This document shows, one piece after another, positions 40,486 through 53,900 of a stretch of DNA of 64,000 nucleotides (its first letter is position 1; each line of letters starts with the position of its first letter). The position numbers were made by a program, and so were the translations under genes. Source of the stretch: the human T2T-CHM13v2.0 reference genome, Homo sapiens; contig CP086569.2 in NCBI GenBank assembly GCA_009914755.4, positions 11,264,001 to 11,328,000 on the forward strand, written 5' to 3'. The notes under the pieces are model-generated. The model was not told where the DNA came from. It saw nothing but the letters and a program-made list of their open reading frames with translations, and ran no database searches.

Positions 40486-41221
40486 TAGGATGCTATGCTG
40501 TGCAGCAGCCCCACAGCCTCAAGGCCCCTAAAGCATGAAGAATGAAGCCCAAACACCAGGTGGGAAGGCTGTTCTCGCTTCTCTCTGTGAATCCTGGTCA
40601 AATCCCAGAAAGGGAGATCATTCATCCCAGAAATCTTCCTCCTGGGAACTTCTCAGCCGTTGAGATTTGGATGCCAGGGGTTGCCTGGGGACCTGGGAAT
40701 CATTCACCTTGAAATACACCCAAGTGAAACAGGGGCTCAGCCAAGGTTGAGAACTGGCAACATCTTTTATGTGGCGTTGTCATGTAACCTTTTCTCAGGA
40801 GCAGAGACACTTCTCATCCTCGGGCCTACCTCCTGGAACACTTCCCGGCTGATCTCACAGTCCAGCCCTACCAACTTCTCAGGACCCAGTGCAGACCACG
40901 TCCGGGGAGCACCCTCCACGAGCACTCTGTCGGGAAGCCGTCTCCTCTGTCCTCTGCTGAGCATGAGTGGAGGACAACTCTCCAACAAAAACTTCTACAC
41001 ATTTCCAATCTTAGTATAGCAGACATCAAATATGTGGTCAAACTACATACATAGGAAGAATTGAATTATATAATTATATTCAAGCATTTTAAAATAATTC
41101 CCCTTCAGTTTGTTTTGCAGTTATTTTACATAATCAAATGTCTTCCTGATATACTTTCCAACCCAGTGGTTGTCAAGCTCTGCTTTGTTTTCTAATTGCA
41201 TCAGAATTATCCACAAGTCTT

Positions 41222-41514
<293 letters not shown>

Positions 41515-42029
41515 TAAATCAGCACAACTCAAGATTTAAGAAATAAAAATTTCCAAGAGAAGAAACCCAGGAATATGCATTGAAAATGTCTCCCTCAGGT
41601 GATTCTGATGTGATATGTGGTCTGAGTTTAAAATGCAAGGAAAATTACCTTCCCTGCCCTCCAGTTGGCCCTTATGTCCAGATGTCTCTCTTTCCTTTTC
41701 TCACTGTGCTCTCTCCTTCTGTGCCTTTGTTCTATTCTCTCTCCACTTCTCATCCATATGCCAAGCCCTCTTCCATCAATTGTCTTAAAACTCCAAATGG
41801 TCAGTCGCCTCTAAACTTTCCTCTGTCTCATGAACAAGTTATGCAGGCAAAAGTAGAATTTAAGCTTGGACCAAGCTGAATCAAGAGCTGCAATTAAAGG
41901 TTTCCCTAAGCCCAGAGGGGACCAGCGAATACTTATAGAAGATTTTGGATTTCCTCTGAATGCATAAGCCTCTCGGTAACCTGATTCTATAGACCAAATG
42001 TCATTGTCCCCCTCAAATTCAAGTGCTGA

Positions 42030-42330
42030 TATCTAATTCCCTATGTGATGACATTTGGAGGTAGGGCCTTGGGGAATGATTAGCTCATGAAGGCAGGGGC
42101 CACAGGAGTGGGATTAGCAGCCCCTATTGAAGGCACCATAGAGAGCTCCCTCATCCCTTCTGTCATGTGAGGACATGGTAGAAACATGGCTGTCTGTGAA
42201 CCACAAAGCAAGCCCACACCAGACATGGAATCTGCTAACCACTTGACCTTGAATTTTGCCATCTCCAAAACTGAAAGAAACAAATTGGTTTATAAGCTTC
42301 CTCATCTATGGCATTCTGTTTTGACCCCAG
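42030..42330 (+). mobile_element. LTR-type repeat fragment (3' two-thirds of the same family)
   Basis: aattccctatgtgatgacatttggaggtagggccttggggaatgattagctcatgaaggcagg..ctgtcatgtgaggacatggtagaaacatggctgtctgtgaaccacaaagcaagcccacaccagacatggaatctgctaaccacttgaccttgaattttgccatctccaaaactgaaagaaacaaattggtttataagc. Confidence 0.5.
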
Positions 42331-42952
42331 ATTAGCTAAATACACCAAAATATCAACTTGTACACCAAATTTTGGAAATGGATGCTAAAACTTTGATGGC
42401 AAAAGGTGACTGATCTGCCTGAGAAATGAAACTACATGATCCCTTTTTCCACAAAGCTGGAGGGAGAGTCAACAAGAGCAAAAATAGGTCAAATTCTTCT
42501 AAAAGCCATACCTGAAGGGTTTTCAATATCACTTGATCAGATCGTAATTTAATCACACAAAGAGCCATAACAAAACACACAACTATCAGAGGTTTTCAAT
42601 GTCACCTTAAAAACATTATCTACAATATTAGGGAGTGAAAGAAGTCATGGAAGTTTCAAAAAGTCAAACTTTATTTCAGTGTTATGGTAGAAATTTGAGA
42701 TTCTTAGTTAAGCTATGAATAAATCCTTGGGCAGGTGCAGGCATGGAGATTCTGGGGTGCAGATGCTGAGTTTAAATCTTCCTTTGGAGATGCCCCCTGG
42801 CCCCCTCAACCCCTGTCTGCCTGTCAAGAAGAGGCCATCCTGGGCAGAACATTAGAGGCAAATGGCCCAGATGCCTAGGTGAGGGCAAATCTCCATGCCT
42901 GGAGGAGGAGGTCACCTCTGGGAGCAGGAGGACCTGCTGGAACCCCTGCTCA

Positions 42953-43264
<312 letters not shown>

Positions 43265-43526
43265 TCAGGCAGCTTCTCACTGGGCTGGTTCTGGGCAGTC
43301 CCAGGGCAATGGCAGGAGGGCTCTGGAGCCTCCTCTAGCTCCAGCGCTGTCCCTGGAGGGGGCTTTGACCCTGGTGCTGGCACTGGCTCAACAGCTGGCA
43401 CTGGAAATAGCTGTATTTCTGCACCTGAAGCAGGAACTGAAAAAGGAGAGAGGTCACCAATATCACTCACTTTCCACTGGAATTTCCAAACCTGAAAACG
43501 ACCTCACTGAATTTAAAGGAATTTCA

Positions 43527-43790
<264 letters not shown>

Positions 43791-43947
43791 TCAGAAAAGA
43801 AAGATTCTCACTCCTGCCATTCCTGAAGCAGGAGCCTTGAGATGTGGGGATGCAGCACAAGAACATCTTGCTCTCTTGAGCATCTCCCACCAAGTGAGCT
43901 GTCTATGGGGCTAACTCTAGGATGTGGGTGCCTGGTTATCAGGATTC

Positions 43948-44512
<565 letters not shown>

Positions 44513-44679
44513 CCTGGTTACCAGAATTCTAAGTTCTGTTAGGGTCTGTTGCCAAGGAAGTGAGGTCACTTCTTTAAGGCTCTGTCCCCTTGGCCTCCTC
44601 CTTCCAGAAGACCTACTCAGGACCCCAGTGGGCTGCTGACTGCTCACCTTCCCCACAGGTCAACTCCTTACCTGTACAC

Positions 44680-47210
44680 AGTTATGTCCACCCAGGGCCT
44701 GCTTGGACACCTGCACCTGATGTTCACCAGGGGCCTAGGAATCCACTTGGGGCCTCGGAACCTACAGGGGCCTAATGTTACCCTGCAGATTGGGTAGCCA
44801 CCGGGGGACCAGGCATCAACCTGGGTACTGTGGTTGACCTGTGGGCTAATGTCCAGCTGGGGATTGGTTATTCACCTGAGGACTGATGCGTACCTGGGGC
44901 TGAATGTCCCCCTCAGGGTGAATTCCACCTCAGGCCTGTATGTCCACCTGGGGCCTGATGTCTGCCTTAGTTCTGTGTCCCACTGGGGCCTTGTGTTCAC
45001 CGGGGACTGGTATCCAGCTGTGGCCTGATGATCTACTGCATCCTGTTGCTCACCTACGGCCTGGTGTCTACCTGGGGCTTGGTGATCACCTGGGAGCTGG
45101 ATATCAACCTGGGGCCTGGGTGTCCACTTAAGGCCTGATGTGGGCCTGGGGCCTGATTGTCCACCTGGGGACTGGGTGTCCACCTTGGGTCTGATGTCTA
45201 CTTGAAGTTAGGTGTCTACCTAAGTCTTGGTGTCTACCTGTGCCCTGATGTCCACATGAGTCTGGGGTTCGGTTGGGGCCTGCTGTACATCTGGGAACTT
45301 GGTGTCTATCTGAGGCCTGATGTCTACCTGGTGACTGCCATCCTCTTGAGGCCTGCTATCCACCTGGGAATGGTTTATCCATGGAAACGGTTATGTCCGC
45401 CTGGGGCTGGATGTTGCCCAGCGGCTAGATGTCCACCTGTGGCCCCGTGTCCACCTAGGGCCTGATGTCCACCTGGGGCATGGTGTTCACCTGAGACCTG
45501 GGTGTTTACATAGGGCCTGATGTCCAGCTGGTGCCTAGGTGCCCACCGGGGGCTTTGTGTTAACCTGGGGACTGGTATCCAGCTACGTCCTAATGACCAC
45601 CTGGGTTGAATTATTCACCTAGAGTTTGGTATTCACTTAGGGCTTGAGTGTCAGCCTTAGACCTGGTGTCCACCTGGGCCTTGTGTATCAAACTAGGGGT
45701 TTGGTATCCAGTTGAGACATCATTTGCACCTGGGGTCTGAGTGTTCGCATGAGGCCAGATGACCACTGGGGACCTGAATGTCAACCTGGGTTCTGAAATT
45801 CACTGGAAGCCTAGGTATCCAGCTGGGGCCTGATGTCCACCTGGGACTAGGTGTCAACATGTGGCCTGATGTAAACCTCTAGTTCAGTGCCCATCTTGGG
45901 CCTGATGTCCACTGGGGGACTGATGTTCACCTTTGATCTGAAATCTACCTGGAAACCGTGTATTCACCCATGGCCTGATGGTCACCTGGGGTTGAATGTC
46001 CAACTGTGGCCAGATGTGCACCCGGATCCTGGGCATCCACCTGGGGCCTGATGTTCATCTGGGGCCTGGAGTTCAACTGAGGCACGATGTCCACCTGAAG
46101 CCTAATGTTCATCTGAGTGCTGAGTCTAATGTACTCCTGGGTTCTAGTGTCCTCTTGGGACCTGATGTCTACCAGGATCCTGGTATCCACTTGGGGCCTG
46201 GTATCCACCTAGGACTTGATATTCACCTGGGGCCTGGGAATCCACTTGATAACTGGTGCCCATCAGGGTCTTATGTTCACCTTGGGACTGGGTAACCACC
46301 TGAGGCCTGATGTCCACTTAGGGCATAAGTGTTTAGCTGGGGTCTAGTGTTCACATGGGGTCTGATGTCAACCTTGAGCCCAGGTATTCACCAGGAGACT
46401 AGTGTCCAGCTGGGACCAGATGTTCACTTGGGGCCTGGTGTCAACTTGAAGCATGGTTGTCAACCTAGGACCTGATGTCCAGTCCAGTGTCCACCTTGGG
46501 CCTGTTTACTACCTGGGGCCTGTGTGTCCACATAGACCCCGATGTCAATCTGGGGCCTGGGTATTTACCGGAGGCCTGGATATTCATTGGTACATTATGT
46601 CTACTGGAGTCTTTGTGTCAATCTGAGCTCTGATGTCCACTTAGAGATTGGGTATCCACCTAAGGCCTGTTGTTTACATGGGGCCTGTAACACGAGGTTC
46701 CAGATAAACTCAGATGTCCACCTGAGGCCTGATGTCCACCTGAGTTCTGAGTGTTAACATAGGGCCTGCTGTCAACCTGGGACCTAAGTATTTACCTAGG
46801 GCCTGGGTGTCCACCTGGGGCCTGACTTCCAAATAGATCTTGTGTCAACAGGTGGCCTGATGTGCACTTTGGGCCTAGGTAACTTCTTGATGACTAATGC
46901 CCACATGGCTCCTAAGGACCTTCTGAGGCCTGGTATTAATTTAGAGACTGGTATACACCTGGTGTCCAGGTATCCACTTGGGACCTGATGTTCACCTGGA
47001 GTGTATGAATTCACGTGGGGCCTGGTGTCCACCTTGAGTGTGTGTATCCAATTGAGTGTGATGTCCACCTGGAGTCCAGTGTATACCCGGGGCCTGATGT
47101 ACACATGGGGCCTGGGCATCCATCTAGGACCTGATATTCAGATAAGGGCTGGCGTTCTCCTGGCCTGGTGTCCACATGGAGCCTGGATATACACTTGGAG
47201 CCTGATGTCC
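44680..47210 (+). repeat. Left arm of the 18-bp array, unit in GGGGCCTGATGTCCACCT orientation
   Basis: Units read ..ctggggcctgatgtccacctgg.. up to ..gagcctgatgtcc at 47210. Confidence 0.9.
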
Positions 47211-50200
47211 CAGGTGGATACCTGGGCCCCAGTGGTCATCAGATCCTAGGAAACTCTCAGGCCCCAGGTGCACATAAAGCTACAGTGGCCACCTAGGCCA
47301 CAGGTTGATACACAGGGTCCAGGTGGACACTGGGTGCAAGATGAACACCAGGCCCCTGGTGAACACAAAGCCCCAGGTGTCTACCTAGTCCTCAAGTGGA
47401 CACCAGGCACTAGATTGACACACAGGTGCCAGGTGGATATCAGGCCGCAGGTGAACACCAGGCCCCAGGTGGTTGGGTTACTTATAGCATAGGTGGCCAT
47501 CAGGTCCCAGGTCTATATCCACTCCCCACCTGAAAATCAGGATCCAGGTGGATACCCATGTTCTAGGTGAACACCAGTTTCCAAATGGATATCAGGCTCC
47601 AAGTGAACACACAGGCCCCAGTTCAATACCAGCCTCAGGTAGACATCAGGACCCAGGTGGACCCCAGGCCCAATGTGCATGCCTAGTCTCTTGGAATACA
47701 TCATTTTCAAGGTGGACACCCAGATTCCTTGTAGACATCTGGTGCCAGGTGGATATCTGCCTGCAGGAGGACATCAGGCCCCAGGTGGACCCCAGGCCCA
47801 ACGTGCATGCCTAGTCTCTTGGAATACATCATTTTCAAGGTGGACACCCAGATTCCTTGTAGACATCTGGTGCCAGGTGGATATCTGGCTGCAGGAAGAC
47901 TTCAGGCCCCAGGTGGAGACTCAGTACACAAGTGTAAATCGGGCTCCAGTATTTCATCAGGCCCCAGTTAAACACTTGACTAAAGGTGTGCATCAAGACC
48001 CAGGTTGACACCCAGGCTTCAGTGCACACTAGGCCCAAAGTGTACACCTGTGCCAAGGTGGGCATCAGGCCCAAGGTGTACACCAGACTCCAAGTGGACA
48101 TCAGGTTGCAGGTTGACACCAGTCTCTAAGTAGATCCTTAAGCCCCAATTGGTCATCAGGCCCAAGGTGGATAGCTTGACCCCAGGAGGTCTCCAGGTCC
48201 CAGGCAGGCCTCAGGTGGACACTAAGCCCTAGATTAACACAAGGTCTGAGATGGTTTCAGCCCCTGTGTGGACTTTAGTCATAAGGAGCTTACTTAGGCC
48301 CTAAGTGGACATCAGGCCCCAGGTTGACACAATGAACCATGTAGAAGTCAGGCTCTAAGTAGACACCCAGGCCCTAGGTAAATACTTTGGTCCCAAGCCA
48401 ATATCAGGCCCTATGTGGGCACCCAGACTCCAGGCAGATGTCAGGCCCCAGGTGAACACTGAACTCAGGGTGGTCATCAGGCCCTAGGTTGACACATAGG
48501 CCACAGGTAGACAACAGGCGTAGGTGAACTTCAGGCTAAATATGAACGTCGGGCTCCAGGAAGAAGTCTGTGCCCCAGTTAAACACCGGGTCTTAGGTAG
48601 ACATCAGACCTCAAATGGATGCCCAGGCCCCAGGTGGATATAAGGCCTCAGGCAAACACCAGATCCCAGGTAGACATTAGACACAAGATGGACACTCAGG
48701 CCACAAGTGAACATCTGTTCCCAGATGGACATCCATCCCAAGGTGGACATCAGGCCAGAGATGTACACCCAGGCCCCAGGAGAACCCCAGGCCCCAGGAG
48801 GACACTCAAGCGCCAGAAGGACACCCAGTCCCTAGGTAACTAAAAGGCCCCAAGTGGACATGATGTTCCAGATGGATATGAGGCCCTAAGTGGATACTAG
48901 GCCCAGGTGGACCCCAGGTCTCAGGGGCACACCAGGACCCAGGGGAACACCAGGCCCTGGGTAAGCCTGCAGTCCCAGGTGGACATCAGGTGCCAGGAGG
49001 ACACCAGGACCTAGTTGGTCATCAAGCCACAGCTGAACACCAGTTCCCCATGAACACCAGTCCTCAGGTGGGCACCTAGTCCTCCCGTGTGCATCAGGTG
49101 CCAGGCTGACATAGGCACCAGCTGAACTCTGGGCCTCAGGTGAACATCAGATCCCAGGTTGTCACCCAGGCCCCAGGTGAACACCAGGTTTCAGGTGGAC
49201 ACGAGGTCCTAGGTGGATGTCTATGCTCCTAGTGAACCTCAGGCCCTAGTGGACACTCAGGCCCTTTATAGACATCTGGCTCCTTGTGCACTCCCAGCGC
49301 CCAGGTGGACATGAGACCCCAGAGGAAAACCAGTCCTTAGTCATCTAAGACTGAATTCCCCTAGGGCTGGAGACTGAGTATTCACCTTGGGCCTAGGAAT
49401 CTACCTGGGGCCAGATGTTGATCTGGGGCCTGATGTCTACTCAGGTTCAGCTGTCCACTTAGGGTGGGGTGTTTTTCTGGGACCCAGAGTCTACCTGAAA
49501 TCTTGGTATCAACCTGGGGCCCATGTGTCCACTTGGAGTCTGATGTGCACTTGAAACCTGAATTTTCACCTAGGATCTGATGAGCACTTGGGGCGCAAGT
49601 TTCCATCTGAAAATCAGGCTCTAGTTATACGTCTGGGCCCCAGGTATACCCTGGACACCGAAAGAACTCCAGCCCCTATCTTAACATGATGTCCTAGGTG
49701 GATGCCCAGGTGTCATGTCTACATTAGGACTCAGGTAGACACAACTCCAGGCGGGCATCAGGCCTGATATTGGCTCTATGTCTCCACCCAAATCTCATGT
49801 TGAATCGTAATCCCCATGGGTTGAAGAAGGGGTGTGGTGAGAGGTGATTGAATCATGGGGGCAGTCTTCCCACTTGCTGTTCTCGTGATAGACTTCTTAT
49901 GAGATCTGGTTATTTGAAAGTGTGTAGCACATCCCCCTTCTCTCTCCCTCCTCCTCCCCCATGGTAAAAAGGGCTTGCTTGCTCTTGGCTTTATATCATG
50001 ATTGTAAGTGTCCCGGGCCCACCCAGTCATGCTCCCTATTAAGCCTGAAGAACTGTGGGTCAGTTAAACCTCTTTTCATCATAAGTTGCCCAATATCAGG
50101 TAGTTTTTTATAACAGTGTGAAAATGGACTAATACAAGACCTTAGGATAACAACCATGCTTCAGGCCATAGGTGGACATCTGGCTGCAACTGGACACTAT

Positions 50201-53200
50201 TCCCCAGGTGGATACCTAGGCTCAAGGTTGACATTAGTCCCCAGCTGAATACCTATGCCCTAAGTAGACATCAGGCCTCAGGCTGACACTCAGTCTAAGC
50301 TCAACATTAGGCTCAGGTGGACACCCAGACTCCAGGTGGATACTAGACCCCAGGGGTACACCAGACTCCTGGTAAGCATAAGTCCCCAGGAGGACACTAG
50401 AATCCAGTTGTACATAAAGCCACTGGTTGACTCCAAGCCCTCAGATGAACACCAGGCCAACTAGTGGACATTAGGCACATGAGAATACTTGGGCACCAGG
50501 CAGGTATCAGGCCCCGGGTAAACATCAAACTTCAGGTGGACATCGTTCTCCATGTAAACTCTAGCCCCAGCTAAACATCAGGCTCCAGGTGGAAGCCCAG
50601 ACCCCAGGTGCACTTCTGGCCACAGTTGGACATCTGTCCCCAGGTGAATATCAGACCATAGATGGATAGCAAGTCCCCAAGTGGACATCAGGTCAAAAGA
50701 GAATATAAGTCTCTAGGAAGACATCTGGCCCCAGGTGGATACTGAACTAGAGGCTTACATCAGACCCCAGATTGACATTCAATCCCCAGGTGGTCATGAC
50801 ACCTCAATTGGACACCAAGTCCTCAGGTTGATAACCAAGTCCCAGGTGGACACCACGTCAAATATGAACACAAGACCTAAGGTTGTCATTCAAGCCCCAA
50901 GTGGACACCAGGCCCTAGGTGAATAATATGACCCAGGGGATCATTGGGACCCAGCTGCATACCAGTCCCCAGGTTTACACGAGGCCCCCAGTAGGTTCCT
51001 AAGCTCTAGTTGGACATGAAGTCTCCAGTAGACACCCAGGACTAAGGTGGACATCAAGCATCAGATGGACGTCTGGCTGCGGATGAACATCAAGCCTCAC
51101 ATGGATACCTAGTCCGCAGGTAGGCATCAGGCCCCAGTTTGACATCAGTTTCTGGGTGGATCCTTAAGCCCCAGGTGGATATCCAGTCTCCAGCTGAACA
51201 TCAGCCCCTCATGGACGCCCAGTCCCCAGGTGAATATCATCAGGTCTCAGGTGAACACAAGTCCCCAGGCAGACATCAGACACCAGGTGTACACTCAGAC
51301 CCCAAGAGGACATCTGTCCCCAGGTTGACATCACTCTCAAGGTGTACATTAGGCCACAGATGTACACCCAGGTCCAAGGCAGACATGAGTCCCCAGTAAA
51401 ACTCAAGGCCCCAGGAGGATACTCAAGCCCTAGGTGGATGCCCACACCCCAGGTAATTACAAGGCCCCAGGTGGATACCAGATTCCAGATGAACATTAGG
51501 CCCCAAGTGGATACCTAGGCACCAGGTAGACACCAGGCTCCAGGTACATCCCCTGGTCTCAGGTGCACACTAGGTCCCCAGTGAACACTGGCTCCAGGTA
51601 AGCACCCAGTCCAAGGTAGACACCATGACCCAGGTGGTCATTAGGCCACAGCTGAACACCAATCTTGAGTGAACACCATATCCCAGGTGGTACCTAGTCT
51701 CCAGGTGGATATTGGGCCCCACGTGGACACCCAGCCCCCAGGTGAACATCAACCTTCAGGTGGACATCATGCCTCAGGTGAACTCCGGGTCCCAGCCCAG
51801 CTGAACATCAGGCTGCAGGTGGATGCCTAGGTTCCAGGTGCACAACAGGTCACAGCTGGACATTCAGCCCCAGGTGAACAACAGACCATGGGTGGATAAA
51901 CAGTCCACAGGTGGACATCAGGTCAAAGGTGAACATCAGTACTCAGGTGGACATCAGGCTCCAGGTTGACATTAAGCCCAAGGTGGACACTGAACTAGAG
52001 GTTTACACCAGGCCCCAGGTTGACACCCAGGCTCAGGTGGACATTGGGCCCCAGGTGGTTACCTAGGCCCCTAGTAAACCTCAGATTCTAGGTTGTCATT
52101 CAGGCCCCCAGTAGTCATTTGGCCCCATGTGGACACTCAGGCGCCAGGTTCACATGATGTCTTAACTGGACACCAAGGGGCCAGTTTGATACCCAAGTCC
52201 TGTGTGGGTGCCAGGTCCAGGGTTACACTCAAGCCCCAAGTGGACACCAGGCCCTAGGTGAATAACACAACCCATGTGGTCATTAGGCCCCAGAATGACA
52301 CCAGTCCCCAGGTTAACAGGAAGCCCCCAGTGGGCACCTATGCCCCAGCTGGACATCAGGCCTAAAGTGGACACCCAGGATCAAGATGGACATCAGGACT
52401 CAGGTGGACATCTGGTGACAGGTGGACATCAAGCCTGATGTGTACCTTGTCCCCGGGTGGTCATCAGGCCCCAGTTCAACACCAGTCCCTGGGTGGATTC
52501 CTCGGCTCCAAGTGGACATCCGGTCTTCAGCTGAACATCAGACCCCAGGTGAACACCAGGACTTAGGTGGACATTAGGCCCCTGGTGGACATAAAGTACC
52601 AGTGGACATCCATGCTGCAGGTGGACAACAAGGGCCCAGATGGGCATCAGGCCCCATTTGGACATTGAGTCCCCAGGTGGATATCAGGCCTCAGGGTGAA
52701 CCCAAGGTCCAACATAGACATCAGGCCTTAGGTTGACACTCAAGCACCAGATGGACTGCTGCACCTAAGCAGAAAATAAACCCCTATCTGGATATCTAAG
52801 ATACATGTATACAACAAGCTCCAGACTGACATCCAGACCCCAGGTGGACACCATACCCCAGGTGAACAGCAGGCAACAGTTTGGCACCAAGTACCTAAGT
52901 GAAACAAAGCCTTAGGTGATTACCAGGCCATAGGTAGTCATTAGTCTCCAGCTGGACAATAGTCCCTAGGTGGATACCTAGGCCCCAGGTGGACACTAGA
53001 CCCCAAATTAACACAAAAACCAAGTAAAAAATCAAGCCCCAAGTGGACAACCAGTCCCTAGGAAAATACACAAATCTCAAGCTGACACCAGGCCCTATTT
53101 GGACACCCAAGCCCTAGGTGGACTTCAGGCCACAGGTGAACACTGAACTCTAGAAGGTCTTCAGGCCCTGTGTTGACTACCTGGCCCCAGGGGGACACCA

Positions 53201-53900
53201 GGCATAGATGAACTTCAGCCACCAGCTGTACATCAGGTTCCAGGCAAATGTCCAGGCCCCAGGTGGATATCAAACCTCAGATGAACACCAGGCCCCAGGT
53301 AGACATCACAAACTAAGTGGACACTCAGGCCCCTATTGAATATCCATCCCCAGGTGGACATCCATCCCAAGGTGGACATGAGGCCACAGATGTACACTTA
53401 AGCCTAAGGCAGACCCCAGGCCCCAGGAAAACTCCAGGCTCCATGAGAGCACTCAGACCTCAGGTGGATGCATTGGTCCTAGGTAAATACAAGGCCCCAG
53501 ATAGACATCAGGCCCCAGTGAACACCAGAGCCCAGGTGGGTACCTAGTCCCCAGGTGTGCAACAAGCAGAAGGTTGACCCAGTCCTCAGCTGAACTCTGG
53601 GACCCAGCTGAACATCATAACCCAGATGGTCACTCAGGCTCCAGGTGAACACACGGTCTTAGGTAGACATCAGGTCCCACATGAACACCCAAGCCCCAGG
53701 TAGATATCAGGCCTTAGGTGTACACCAGACCTCAGGTGGGCATCTGGCTCCAGATGGCCGTAGGTGGATAACTAAACCTCTCATGGATATCAGGCCCCAG
53801 GTAGACACCAGGCTCCAGGCGAACATCTAGCCCCAGGGGGACATCCAGCCCCTGGTGAACATCAGGGCTCACATGGATAAACAGTTTACAGATGGACACC
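47211..53900 (-). repeat. Right arm of the 18-bp array, unit in reverse-complement orientation (AGGTGGACATCAGGCCCC). It contains a short re-inverted patch at about 49360-49605 and an LTR insertion at 49766-50150.
   Basis: From caggtggatacctgggccccagtggtcatcag (47211) onward, units read ..caggtggacatcaggccccaggtgaacaccaggcc... At 49381-49605 the units read ..ctacctggggccagatgttgatctggggcctgatgtctac.. (forward orientation) before reverting. Confidence 0.9.
49766..50150 (+). mobile_element. THE1/MST-type MaLR solo LTR inserted inside the 18-bp array
   Basis: tgatattggctctatgtctccacccaaatctcatgttgaatcgtaatccccatgggttgaagaaggggtgtggtgagaggtgattgaatcatgggggcagtcttcccacttgctgttctcgtgatag..cccagtcatgctccctattaagcctgaagaactgtgggtcagttaaacctcttttcatcataagttgcccaatatcaggtagttttttataacagtgtgaaaatggactaatacaa matches the MaLR THE1/MST LTR consensus (tgtgtccccacccaaatctcatcttgaattgtag..gggaggtaattgaatcatgggggcag..). 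Confidence 0.75.

Larger units (their letters stand above)
44680..53900. repeat. About 9.2-kb diverged satellite-like array of an 18-bp unit (about CCACCTGGGGCCTGATGT, often alternating GATGTCCACC/GGTGTTCACC variants), arranged in inverted orientation blocks; family not identified
   Basis: The 18-19-bp periodicity is visible throughout (..cacctggggcctgatgtccacctggggcatggtgttcacctgagacctgggtgttt..). The many 60-110-aa ORFs on both strands here (HLGPGVHLG.. / PQVDIRPQV..-type) are periodic artefacts. Confidence 0.9.

Noticed and set aside
44680-53900. 18-bp unit as an array of CTCF sites (CCACCTGGGGCC resembles the CTCF core CCACCAGGGGGC)
   Set aside because: It mismatches the strongly conserved A at core position 6 and the G at position 11 of the CTCF motif. 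Without a PWM scan or ChIP this is too weak to assert, and only the E-box CACCTG is certain.
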